NCBI GenBank assembly: GCA_012295275.1
Contig: CM022670.1
Coordinates: 6,758,001 to 6,822,000 of the forward strand
DNA: 64,000 bases
Direction of reading: 5' to 3'
DNA from: Chrysomallon squamiferum
Taxonomy: Eukaryota > Animalia > Mollusca
Numbering within the stretch: position 1 is the first letter of the stretch; each line of letters opens with the position of its first letter. Below, in pieces: positions 14,015 through 27,215 of the stretch. A program made the translations under genes and the position numbers. The notes beneath the pieces are model-generated. The model saw only the letters and a program-made list of their open reading frames with translations. It was not told where the DNA came from and ran no database searches.

Positions 14015-14449
14015 GACAAGAAATATTCCGTTCCAGACATGCTCCATACATTCGTAGAACACGTGACTCGCAGAATTACGTGCGCTTGCGCCGAGAGCAA
14101 GAACGTGACGCCAGGGGTGGAGCCGCCTTCCATTCTTATCACCGGCGGCGGCGCTTTCAACACGTTCCTCATGAACAAGCTGGACAAGAAGCTGAGAGAG
14201 GCTGGTTTCAAGACCGAGGAGACTGACGAGGACACGATTAACTTCAAGGAGGCTCTCGTGTTCGCTTTTCTCGGCTTGCGGTGTCTTCTCGGCATCGACA
14301 ACATAGTTTCCGCCACGACCGGGAGTCGTTTGGACAGCGTATCCGGGAGCATACACCGACCAGTGGTACAGGTCGTATCCTCGCCGTCAATTCAGGGCCA
14401 GTTCAACTTCCTCATGAAAAGACAGTCTCTTCGCAACGTCCCCTTTTAA
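14015..14449 (+). CDS. anmK: Anhydro-N-acetylmuramic acid kinase, exon 2 (144 aa plus stop)
   Basis: Acceptor tttatcttccag| in phase 0. Translates DKKYSVPDMLHTFVEH...ITGGGAFNTFL...FKEALVFAFLGLR...ATTGS...GSI, the C-terminal AnmK motifs (GGGxxN, EAxxFAxL, TG). Confidence 0.93.
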   Translation, partial: DKKYSVPDMLHTFVEHVTRRITCACAESKNVTPGVEPPSILITGGGAFNTFLMNKLDKKLREAGFKTEETDEDTINFKEALVFAFLGLRCLLGIDNIVSATTGSRLDSVSGSIHRPVVQVVSSPSIQGQFNFLMKRQSLRNVPF

Positions 14450-15500
14450 CGTGGACGTCCACAGCTGCCTGCCTCGTTACTTACATTTCGCTTTAATTCT
14501 TTCGCAGTATATCGCGTATTGTGTACAGAACCGATGTCACTATTATTACTGTCTTTTTTATTTTTTATATATTTTTTTATTACTTAATTTTTATATATAG
14601 ATTTTTATTTTCTTTATTGTATTGAATTTTTTATCTAGTTAGCATTACAAATTTATAATTTGGCTCAGGAATTTATGTTAAATCCCATCTCATTTTCAAA
14701 ACGTTCTCTTTTGACATACAGTTCTTATTAACAATTAAAAGAAATGGAAGAAATGGAAGAACACAAAGAAGAAGAAACTACAGCAAAGTGTTACTTAATG
14801 ATATTCCAGAAATCTTACAAATGCAATTACATTATTATGTGCTAAAATTTTATTTTGTATTATTATAATAAATGTTTACTGATGTAATTTATAGCATCGA
14901 CGTATTGCTGCTTGTCCTAGTGTTGTGTAATCGATATACCTCTAAAATCGGCTAATCAGGTTACGGAAATCCTTTTAAGTTATACATGATCATAAAAAAC
15001 TGTTAATACTGTTTGCAATGACACGCATATTACATGATGGTCTGAGTGTGGTCCTGGTTTCAAATCTTCAGTCTTTCCATGCCACCCCAAAATTTATATT
15101 GATAATTCACTGATATATTATTATGATGATGATGATGATGTTGATACTGATGTACGCATGCATATATTCTTTTACATCGAAGAACCTTTGTTCTAAATAT
15201 TTGTCGATCCTATTGTTTATTGTGTGTGTGCGTGTGCGTGCGATCTTCGGTACGTGTCAGTATAAAATAATATCCTTCTATGTATATATGTATGTATATA
15301 ATATTATGCACGTATGCATATCAATGCAAATCTGATTACAGGTATATTCGCATAATTAAGTTGAAATAATATCTAAATGAAATAAATATCAATGTATGAA
15401 TTTTTAAGTAGTATTAAAGTACACATTGTAATTATAATATTTGTTTATGTAGCATAACATCGGTGTAGATTTCTACACGTACGTGCTCGTGCTGTGTTTA

Positions 15501-15640
15501 TGTGAGCACGCTTATGTTTGTGTGAGCACGCTTATGTTTGTGTGAACACGCTTATGTTTGTGTGAGCACGCTTATGTTTGTGTGAACACGCTTATGTTTG
15601 TGTGAACACACTTATGTTTGTGTGAACACACTTATGTTTG
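15501..15640. repeat. 20-bp minisatellite, 7 copies
   Basis: Unit tgtga(g/a)cac(g/a)cttatgtttg in exact 20-bp register. Confidence 0.95.
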
Positions 15641-16830
15641 TGCGTTTCTAAATATTGCTTCCTGTCTTTAACTCTGAGAGTCATGTACTCGGTTCATGTC
15701 TTTTCCAAGTACGATACATTTGAAATAAAATATAAAATCCGTGAAGTTAGTATTTAATTCTTTTCTGAATCAGTACGAGTTTAACATTTTCCTTGATTTG
15801 TTAACAGAGGGTTAAAGGAAAAGGAAAAATATGTTTTGTAGTAAAAAAAAAAAAAAAACCCATTAATAATATATATATATATATATATAACTAAATATAT
15901 AAATTAAAAAACCAAAGCTAATCAACAAAAACAAACAAACAAAAAAAAAAAAAAAAAAAAAAAAATCCACAACAGCAAAACAAACAATAAATAATAATTA
16001 TTTTAAACCACATGCAAAAATACGTACGTACGTATGTACGTATGAGCGTATGTTGGTGCATTTAGTGAAAATATAAACGTGAACAGCATTTAATTTCTTG
16101 TTTGTTTGTTTTTGATTTTTTTCAAATGTATTTCGTTGACAAACGTGAGATTAAAAAAGATATTTTAGCATGTTCGTAAACAATTAATACAATATACAGC
16201 TATTTTGTTTCTGTTTTACAAATTCTGTGAAAGACTATTTGTTTTAAATTATAAAGCGTAAAACGTACCTTTCCGAATCACTGACAATTCCTTTCCCCAT
16301 CTCGACCCGCTAAAATCTGCTGGCGTCTGCTGAATGACGTAAGTCAATTGTTGATGCTTTATTTATAGCCTGAAAAAAAAAAAAAAAACGACGAGTTACG
16401 GATACTCACAACAGACTCGCCACCCTAATGGTCGACCCCGACATGGTGTAAGCCCGGAACAGCAGCTGTGACGAATACTCACGCAAGGATTGTGCTTGCT
16501 GAGCGGAATTCAGAAACAAAAGATGCTGTATCATTCACTTTATTTTTTTAGTTTTAGATATTTATTTATATTATTTGTATTTATTTGTAATATTGTTACC
16601 CTTATTACTTTTCTTTTTTCTTTTTTACTGTTTGTTCTTCTTTTGTCTTTTACTTTCCATTATCTTAACTATACCTTTCATCTTTATCTCGGTTTCAAAG
16701 TAAGTTACGATAGCTTTAGACTTTTTAAAATGAATATAGAAATGTCTACATATTTAAAATCGAACTTTTTTTTTTTTTTTTTTTTTTTATAAAGGGGAAA
16801 AAAAAACAATTACACTACAGACAACACACA

Positions 16831-18700
16831 ATGGCAACCAAACACACGAAAACATACAGCACCGTCACTGATGACTTAGATATGGAAAACTAGAGTTCCC
16901 AAGCGACCGAGGGACAGGAACCCTAACTCAGAAGAAAAAACCCCAAATGTAACAGGAGACAAAAAAACAACAACAACCGACAACACACCCACACACACAC
17001 ATTCTGACTCAGATGCAAACAGCGGAACAAAAAATATAAATCGAAACCTACACATATTAGCAAGCCTACGCGACACCGACACCGAAAACGAAAGTGATGC
17101 AAACATCTGGGAAACAATGAAAAGGAAAAAAACAAAACATATTGAACACCGAGCTACCATCGCGATCCACGAAAAAAACCCATGCAGATATCGAAAAAAA
17201 AGTTGCGATATTTGTTAGAAGCACAAATACATATCATCGACAAAACAAGTAAAGTAAACAAAAATCAAAATGCACAAGAATTATATTTTGAAATAGATTC
17301 AAAATCATTAAAAACTATAGGTCCCAGCATAACTATCTTGGATGAAGTATTTATTGTCAGGGATATTACCAAAAATAATCCCTGACATCCACCAATCAAA
17401 AACACCCATACCACAACCCAGAAAAACACTGCTCACGCAAAAGCAGCCAAAACAAACATTAATTACACAGCAACAACAACCCAAAAAAAAAAACACAAAA
17501 AAACCCAACAACAACCAACAATTCACAAATACATCTCCAAAGATTTGGGTTTTTACTACCCGTATGCGGACAAGCATGATTTCTTTGAGATGTTTAAAAA
17601 AGAAATGATAGAACAAACAAAAGCTAAATTAGTCGGTGTGGAAATGTGGAAAAATCCAACCTACTGGACCACACTGACGTTTAGCAGCAAACTAACAAAC
17701 ACAACCATCACCATTGATGGGTACAGATATACACTGACAGAAATGAGGCCGCAGTTGCACAAGTGCGGCCACTGTCAGAAATGGGGACAGGTCACAAACC
17801 AGTGCAACCACAGACACAATCCGAAATCACTGACATGCAGTTTCTTCAGAGGAAATCACCACAGAAACTCAGGCCAATACCGTTCTCTGGCAAAGTGCGC
17901 GAATTGCCAAGGTCCACACTCATCACATTACAAAATGTGCCCATCAAAAATTACAGCGAGCAACAACTATGAACATAACAGAAGAGAAAACAAAATTTTA
18001 AGAAACGTTAACCAAAAAATGCCAGGAAATCGAACAAAAAACCAAAACTATCATTGAAAAAATCAACCACCACAACAACAAACCAAAGGACAATCTGGAC
18101 AAGGAGGTTAGAATTGCAGAAATACACAAAATCATTGTCTGCCTCTTCATCGAACTGCAAAACATCAGAAACAACCAAGGAAACATCACTGACGACTCCA
18201 ATTTGGAGCACACGGTAGCTCAAATAATCGAAGACAGCTTGGGCTTCAAGATCCCCACAGACGACAAAAGACTTAAATTACACACAGACAAGAGAAATCG
18301 CCAAAGAGTCACATACATACACTACGGAATAAATGAAATTCTCTCCATCGCAGCCAAACATTATCACAAACAGTGGCAAAACGAATGGAACAACACCAAA
18401 AACAAATGGCACTTGAACATAAAACCACTCACCAAAACACCAAAAATCACACTCGCCAACAAATTACACAATAACAACCAAAGCAAGAATTGGTTACTCG
18501 ACCAACTTAAATGCAATCCGATACAAATATCACAACACCACATCAGCCAACTGCAGCTGTGGACTCTCCGAAACCATGAAACACTACTTGTTTCACTGTC
18601 AAAATTTCGCCATTGAAAGACAAGCACCACACAACACATTGGAGGAACTAAAACTCTTGGAGTTGAAAGTTTGAATTTATTTTATTATTATTATTTTTTT
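16831..18700 (+). mobile_element. Decayed non-LTR retrotransposon (I/Jockey-like): gag-like ORF1 remnant plus ORF2 C-terminal fragment
   Basis: A/C-skewed, frameshifted coding remnant. Three zinc knuckles at 17764-17940 (CGHCQKWGQVTNQC; degenerate CSFFRGNH; CANCQGPHSSHYKMCP). WQNEWN followed by ARIGYS...CSCGLSETMKHYLFHC at about 18370-18600 resembles the ORF2 C-terminal CCHC finger. Boundaries are approximate. Confidence 0.8.
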
Positions 18701-18907
18701 TTTTGACACAAAAACAAACAACAATTGAATGAATTTATTGACTTACAGATTGATTGGTTGAACAGCTGATTGATCTATGGATGGATCGGCTGATTGACGG
18801 ATCAATTTGAATAGCCAGTTAAATTAATAATTAAAAACAAAAATATACGTACTTACTTTCAGACCATACTAACCCGGTTATCGGAATTAAAAAAAAATGT
18901 ACATAAT

Positions 18908-19100
18908 AAATGTAAATAAATTAACTACGTTCATGTTATTATTCTTAGTTGCAGGTGTTTATAGCATCTTTTAAATCAATAAAAGGACATTTGGCAAAAA
19001 AAAAAAAAAAAAATGTAAATAAGTTAACTACGTTCATGTTCTTATTCTTCTTAGTTGCAAGTGTTTATAGCATCTTTTAAATCAATAAAAAGACCGTTGA
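18908..19100. repeat. About 100-bp direct duplication with AATAAA and an intervening poly(A) tract
   Basis: aatgtaaataa.ttaactacgttcatgtt...tttatagcatcttttaaatcaataaaa occurs twice, separated by an A-run at about 18996-19013. Confidence 0.85.
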
Positions 19101-21184
19101 CTAAAACAACACACAAAAAACCCACAAAAGAAACAATAAAAAAACAACAACATTGGAATTGTTGGACCAGAGGGAAGCAGCCAGAAAGGACAAGGAAACA
19201 TCAACGAGAACAGAACAAAAAACCGGACGCAACCAACACGGACCCGGTGACGAATACGAGACATTCAACGAGCAAGACAAGTGCCGGAAACAACGAGCGG
19301 AAAACATTATTAAACAACGAAACTTCGCAACCGACTCGTTACGATCCGATATGCTGGACACTCTCTTGTGTCCTGTAATCGTAACGAGAACCCACTCTCT
19401 TTCCTTACCCAAAACTCTTTTCTGCGACGGACACGCCCACTGACCTGTCAGAAAGCGTGCCAGGCGTAGACGTGCTTCACAACAGCTTGCTCTGATTAGC
19501 ACGTTCATTTTTTTCAGGGTTCAAGACGTGTTACGAAAATGGACGCATATAAGAAATAACGACAGATGGATGATTATCGTTAATAATCGTTTTCATTTCT
19601 GTACTTACTAAATGACAATTATGTAGCTAAATTTTTAAATTCAAATTATATATACATCATATTCGAAATTCAGATTACATAAATAGTATTTTCATAAGAA
19701 GAAAAAAAAAAAAAATTATTTACATATATATTTTTTAATAATGAAATAAACAATGATAAAGCTAATGTCTAAATAACTAAATAATCATCAAAAAATACAT
19801 ATAATAATAATCATAAAAAAAAAAAAAATATAAAACCCTAAACAAATAATAAAAACAACCAAATAAAAATACTGAAAAAATGAATGAAATTACAAATGAA
19901 ATAAACAATAGGGAATGTACCTTTTGCTGACAAAACCATATCATAAAAATAAGAGTTGTCTCCCTTGGACTACAGCAAGCGTGGGGAAAAAACCCCAAAA
20001 CCCATTGGCTGAAAGCAACTGAACCATAACCTTTCGTGACACAGTAATAGGCCTATTAGTTATAAAGCGCTAATTACTTTTCTTTTTCTTATAATTATAG
20101 AAAATGAAATGAAACTGGTATATATGGCATAGCTGATTTCATCCCATTTCCGTTTATATTAAATTTTATGTTGTACATTAAATTTAAAAATAGGAGGAAA
20201 TAATAAAAAATATTTCATATAGATAGATAGATAGACAGACAAGTAGGTAGGTAGACAGATAGACAGATAGACAGACAGATAGACAGATATACATATAGAT
20301 AGACAGATAGGTAGGTAGATAGATAGAACCAGAGAAATGGAATTGTGATTTTTACAGATAGGTGGCTGTTCAATGGAATTTCAGAATATACAATGTATGT
20401 ATATAACGTTGTGTGTTCACTGGTATACATTTATGAACAAGCTGATGAGACCACACACACACACACATTACGAAGAATAAAAACTTTTTAATGTACAGAT
20501 TATAAGTAAAAATTATTTGTCTGCGTTCGGAACTTGTTTTTCAGCCTATTTCTTCAGTAGAAGTATGCATTAGGTTTTTATTTTATTTGTGAATATTATA
20601 ACTTTTAAACCTGTGTTTTGTCTTATCTAAATACAGTTATATATCTGCTTGTTATGAGCCCTGGAGAAATTACTTGAACCGCTGATGAGACCAATCATTT
20701 TTACATTACGAAGAAAGAAAAGTTTTTGATGAAGCACTCAGAATATGTTTATTTATCATTATCAGGCGTCGAATAGTTGCTTTTTACATTACCGTATTTG
20801 TCTGTGTTGTGTAGTTGTCTTTATCAGGATATCGATCTACGTGCGTGTGTAAATGAATATGTGATTGTTGTTCTTATTGGGTGTTTCTTTTTGTGTGTAT
20901 ATGTGTTTGAGCGTGTGTAAGCGTGTGTATATGTGTGTGTTTGTGTGTATATATGTGTGTTTGTGTATATATATGTGTATGAGTAGTGTTTTTAATGTGT
21001 GTGTTCGTGTGTGGATATATGTGTTTATGTATATGTGTATGTGCGTTAGTGTGTTATGTGTGTACGTGTGTGTGTGTAAATGTTTGTATGTATGTGTACG
21101 TGTGTACATGTGTACATATATGTAAGTGCATGTATGTATGTATGTATGTGTTTGTCTGTGTTTGTGTGTGTGCGCGGACGCAGG

Positions 21185-21242
<58 letters not shown>

Positions 21243-21995
21243 TGTATGTATATATCTATTCATGGATTTGAGATGTAATCAGAACGTGACGCGAGTATTT
21301 ACTGGATCAATAGATCAACAGTTTACTGTTGACCACTATATACAGGATCACAACGCAGAGTTTACATGCACTTTAACTAGGTCAGTTTCTGTGACGTATT
21401 TTGGAAGGTTTCTCTGTGGATTCTGTCAAGGATAAGTGAAGTTAAGAAAAACTCGTTATCTCCCTTTTGACGTATATTCAACATCCCGTGTTTGTATGTA
21501 GCAGCGGACAGAAGAAAGAAGATCAAATCTATTTGCTCGCTGGCTTCAAATGCCGAGCTGAGATCAGCATCTCTGAAAAATGTGTTTACATAAATGCCTC
21601 GTCATTACCCAATAATAACGAGTAAATACCTCAAAATACGCCATTAGCTGGACCGCCACCGCGGAGATATCCTAAGAAAAAGCCGTAATTTTATCTACAT
21701 ATTATGCGAGATGTCTGCAGAAACAAAATTCCAAATTGGATTCCGTGATGACCAAGGAATTTTGAAGAAAATTCAATTTGCACACATACATACACAAAAA
21801 AAAAGAAGAAAAAGAAACGATGCCAAAGGCTAGCTCTGCGTAAGAGTGGCGACCTCTATGGGGAAATAACGAGTAGTTGGAACTAGGAGTATCAATACTT
21901 AACAAATCTTAGTATTCCCAGCTTAATTATATGAACTGTGAGGGTTTATGTAGAAATAAATGCATAGTAATAATTACATGCTGTTCTTTGTAAGT

Positions 21996-22125
<130 letters not shown>

Positions 22126-23090
22126 TGTGTCTGCGTCGCTTCCTCTCTACAATTCGAAACATTATACTCTGTGTTTGAAGGAACTACACGAAACATTTGC
22201 ACGCAGTCGTGGTGACATAACAAGACCTACTTTCACTCTGTGTAAACAACACTGCACACGACACTGGAGGCAAATTAAAGCAGACACACAAAGAGGACCC
22301 CCTTTTTTTTTCCCCTTCTCTCTCGCACAACGATAAATGGATTTTTGTGGGAACCAAAGCGACAGAGCGAATGGTGGACGTTCACGTTACGCGATCTTCA
22401 TCAAGCTGAAGATTCTTTAAGTGGAAGTCGCTTTCTGAGGACTCAATCGTGATCTATACCCAGTGATTACGAAAACCCACTCTCCTCTCTACAGCCATTT
22501 CTGTTATTCAGGAACTGAACAGTGCTCGGAACAAAGGGAAACTGATGGGCAGAGAGGAAGCATTCATTGGAAAAGACCATCTTCAGATCTCTGCTGCTTT
22601 CACGTCTGTGTCTGACACTGGTTCCTGTCATCTGTGACGTTTTGTTCTCCGAAGAGTGTTCCATTAAATGTTTCCATGCAGGCTGTTTTTATACTCGTCT
22701 GCTGGGAAATCTGTTTTATTCAAGCTTGAAAAACGTATGAATGCAGAGACGAGTAACAAACATGTAGATTGATGTCGTGTAGTCTCTGATGCAGTGTTTA
22801 TAATTCGCTACAAATGTGTTCTGAAATCGAGTTACGTTCGTTGATGGACCGTGGAAAAGACATCATTTAATTTATCGAGTTGTTAATGTCTGTAGTTTGG
22901 CAAAGCGATACACAACAACAACATAACTAACTAACTAACTAAATAAGCAAATGAATGAATGAATGAATAAGCAAATGAATTAATGAATGATTGAATGAAT
23001 AAAGAAATGCATACATAAAGCGTAAGATATACTAAACAGCAAAATAAATAAATATATAAAGAAAATTAAACTCTTTTCTTTCGTATTATT

Positions 23091-23128
<38 letters not shown>

Positions 23129-23974
23129 CATAATAATAGCCATGATGATAACGATGATGATGATAATAATAATGATGATGATAATGATGATTAAATTACG
23201 TGGTGATTAAATATATGTATGTATGTATGTATGTATTTATGTGTCGCTGTGTGTGTGTGTGTGTGTGAAATCAAAAAAAATATCAGAGAAACCAACCAAT
23301 AAGCAAACAAATTAACCAAAAATAAACAACAGATAAAGATTTATGAACAATAGCAGCACATCAGTTTTTTGAATAATAAGAAAATGAAACACGATTACTT
23401 GGAGTCTGTTACAGATCAAACTGCTACTAAGTAAACAACTGAGTTATTAACTGCTGTTTTTTCAGTGACGAGTGTTTTATATGTGACATGACACAAGTCA
23501 GAACATGACGACAAAATCTACACACAGTCTTATATTCTATCTTCTCTCATTTGTTACGTGAAGTATTTTGTTTCTCTACAGCTATGACGTAAATTTAGTC
23601 TACTATAGTCTTCCATTATCCAGCAGGAGTCGGAGCGTAACTCCACTTGTAAAATACTCGACTGATGCGCGAATTCATCAGTGAATTCATTAGGTTATTT
23701 CCCAGCCCAACCAACGTCTCGCGATAGGCAGGCTACTTGTAATATAAAAGACCATTTGTTCACTGATTTCTTTTTCCACTGAAGTGTCAGGATTAGGTTT
23801 CCTCTCATATCATCATTGTGCAGACAATCCGCAGAGTTTAACATATCCTTACTTAGAACATCCGATACATCGTTTTGAAAATGAGGACTTTTTTTTTACA
23901 ACTTTGAACATTTTATTTAATCTGACGGACTCTTTTTTTAAACTCATTCAACATTTAGTCAGTGATCACCTCCT

Positions 23975-24059
<85 letters not shown>

Positions 24060-24121
24060 CCTCATTATTTTTATTCTATTTTATTTTCCATTTCCATTCA
24101 TTAATTTATTAGATTATAATT

Positions 24122-24248
<127 letters not shown>

Positions 24249-24682
24249 AAGAAATCTCAATAGGAGAAGAGAAGAAGAAGAAATAACAGCCTAACCCACT
24301 CCTTATTCATCAGCACCAAATGACAAGTCAGGAAAAGATAAAATGACTTGAAGCTAAAAAAAATCGCTTTAAGTCACTTTTATTCATTAGAGAATGTTAA
24401 CTCGCAGCCATCTCCGTTTTTTTCCGTGAACCACTGCTAGTAATTCGGAAGTGACGTTTTATCTGAATACGGCTCATCAGTGACGCCTGCAGAATTTTAA
24501 ATCCTCAACTTCCACGACAAGAAATGACAACTGTGCATTTCTTTTTACCCAGATCTAGCTTCATGTCAAACCGATTGGGGATTTTTGTTAATTAAACTCA
24601 TTGGAATGTAACGTAATGACTTCTGTGTTTGAAAAAAAAAAAAAAAAAAAAAAAAGTAAAAGAAAAAAGTAAAAGAATGAAA

Positions 24683-24809
<127 letters not shown>

Positions 24810-25120
24810 AATAAATAAATGAACACTCTTTTAACGATATTTCAATCAAATTTCAACCGAATGAAACATTTTAAAGAAAAGAGTCATAAAAACAAAATAA
24901 GAAAACAAAAAATGAATTTCCTGACCTTTTCAAATCCATAAATTCTCTGATGGAACCGTAAAATAGTAATAAAAATATTTTTTAAAATTCACAAGTCTTC
25001 TGAGACCGAACACATTGCCAACGATAACTTTTCTCAAAAAAACCCCAACAAACCCCAACGAAAAACATAGAAGAAGAAAACAAAGATAATAAAACTTTTT
25101 GTATTATGTTATAAAAACAA

Positions 25121-25193
<73 letters not shown>

Positions 25194-25706
25194 ACAGACA
25201 CTCAAAAAACAAACAAAATTAATAATACAAAAAAATAAAAAACGAAAGTTCTAAGACGAAAACAAAGATAAACCTTTTCTATCACAATAAAAAAATAAAT
25301 AAATAAAAAAATAATAAAAAAATAATAAAATCACACTGATTACAAAGATAAAAAAAATAAAAAATAAAAAAATAAAAACGTATGAAAAAGTGCGGCACTT
25401 GTTCAGACGTCAGACTGCTATGACGGTCACACTCAAACGGAGTCCAATATGTTGCAGTGGAAGCTGATAGTCCCCGCAGCCCGGACACGTGCAACACACT
25501 TCATAACTTCATGTCGTAGTTTGAGACTGATGTGATTTGTCGGAAATTACCTGAAAACTGCGCCCGAGCTGAAACACGCAACGTGTAAATTAATTTATCT
25601 CTGACTGGCGCTAACTCAATCAGCCGCCATTTCCCAAAATCTCGACATGAAAGACTCAAGTAGGCGAAATATGTGACTTGCATTCTGCCTCCGACACGTC
25701 TGGCAA

Positions 25707-25925
25707 ATACCTGTATGATGTAAACTTTGTGTTGTCTGATTCAGTATCTGCATAATGTAAACTTTGTGTTATCTGATTCAGTATCTGCATAATGTAAACT
25801 TTGTGTTGTCTGATTCAATACCTCTATAATGTAAACTTTGCGTTGTCTGATTCAGTATCTGTATAATGTAAACTTTGTGTTGTCTGATTCAATATCTGCA
25901 TAATGTAAACTTTGTGTTGTCTGAT
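25707..25925. repeat. 37-bp minisatellite, about 6 copies
   Basis: atgtaaactttg recurs at 25718, 25755, 25792, 25829, 25866 and 25903. Confidence 0.95.
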
Positions 25926-26098
25926 ACATTATCCTGTAAACTTTTTAAAAAAGAAAAAATTAAATAAAGAAATTGAAATGTAGATAAAAGTAAAAAAAAA
26001 TTATAAAATAAAAGAAGAAAAACCCATCAAATTCACACAAAAAGTAAAGAAAGCGAAACAAAAGTCAAAGAAAGAAAAAAGTAATAAAATAAATAAAA

Positions 26099-26190
<92 letters not shown>

Positions 26191-26496
26191 AAGAAGAAGA
26201 AGAAATTGAAAATTTATAAATTTAAAAAGATCAAGATATTGATATATAAATTCGAACCTGTGAGACCATATACAAATTTCTGTGATTTTTCTTTACAGTG
26301 TTATTGTTATTAACAGAACTCTTTTGCTGAGATCAAAGTCGATACCTGAGTGTTTGTCACACCTGTCAGTTTTCTCACCCCTTTATGCAGAAAACATAGA
26401 AATACAATATCCTTTCCTCGTATACAGGTTTGAGTTGTCAATACTCATTTTCCATTACAGGTAAAATATAGAGATAGATAATAAATAGAGTGACAG

Positions 26497-26577
<81 letters not shown>

Positions 26578-27184
26578 GAGCAGTTAATTAATTTGTTGTT
26601 GGTGAAATAAACAATGATTAATCATGTCTGATGAATTTGTATTTAATACCTTCCTCCTGACAGATGATTAAATTCACATTTCACTTCCTGCTTTATTAAA
26701 ATACTAATTTAAATACTACTAAGATTATTTTACATTTTTCTCTCGTTGCTTTCCCGAGGAAAGTGTCAGTGTATCTGACAATTGTATAATACTTGTCAAA
26801 GGCAGACAAGAGTATACTTGTAATTGGTTTCATTTGACGGGTTTACGCATGCAGCGTCACAAAGCAGTCGCGTATTAAATGTGACAATATTCTGTGCAAT
26901 AACAGACGAAATTAAACACTTTTTAAAATGTATTCAGCTCAACTGCACAGTCATATTAGTGATTTATTGTTGTTATTATTATTATTTTTGGATTCTGATT
27001 TAAATCTGATCAGAAATACATCTTCATTTACTGACACATTTCAAAGTTTTCAAAAACGTAATGAATTTATTAATCTCAAGTTATTGACAAGAATTACGTT
27101 TTAATATCTCTGTCTTGTTAAAAACGTGCTTGTGTTAAAGTGGAATTAAATCTCATTATATTTTTCCCCATCAATCCCCCAAAA

Positions 27185-27215
<31 letters not shown>

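Noticed and set aside
20430-20730. Twice-repeated gctgatgagacca...cattacgaagaa as a hammerhead ribozyme
   Set aside because: CUGAUGA is present but there is no complementary stem II closing onto GAAA. It looks like a short degenerate duplication. Minus-strand CUGAUGA hits near 24475 and 49970 also fail stem II.
25707-25925. 37-bp repeats (and the 20, 24 and 48/51-bp arrays) as CRISPR arrays
   Set aside because: Head-to-tail tandem units with no unique spacers, no cas genes, and a eukaryotic context.
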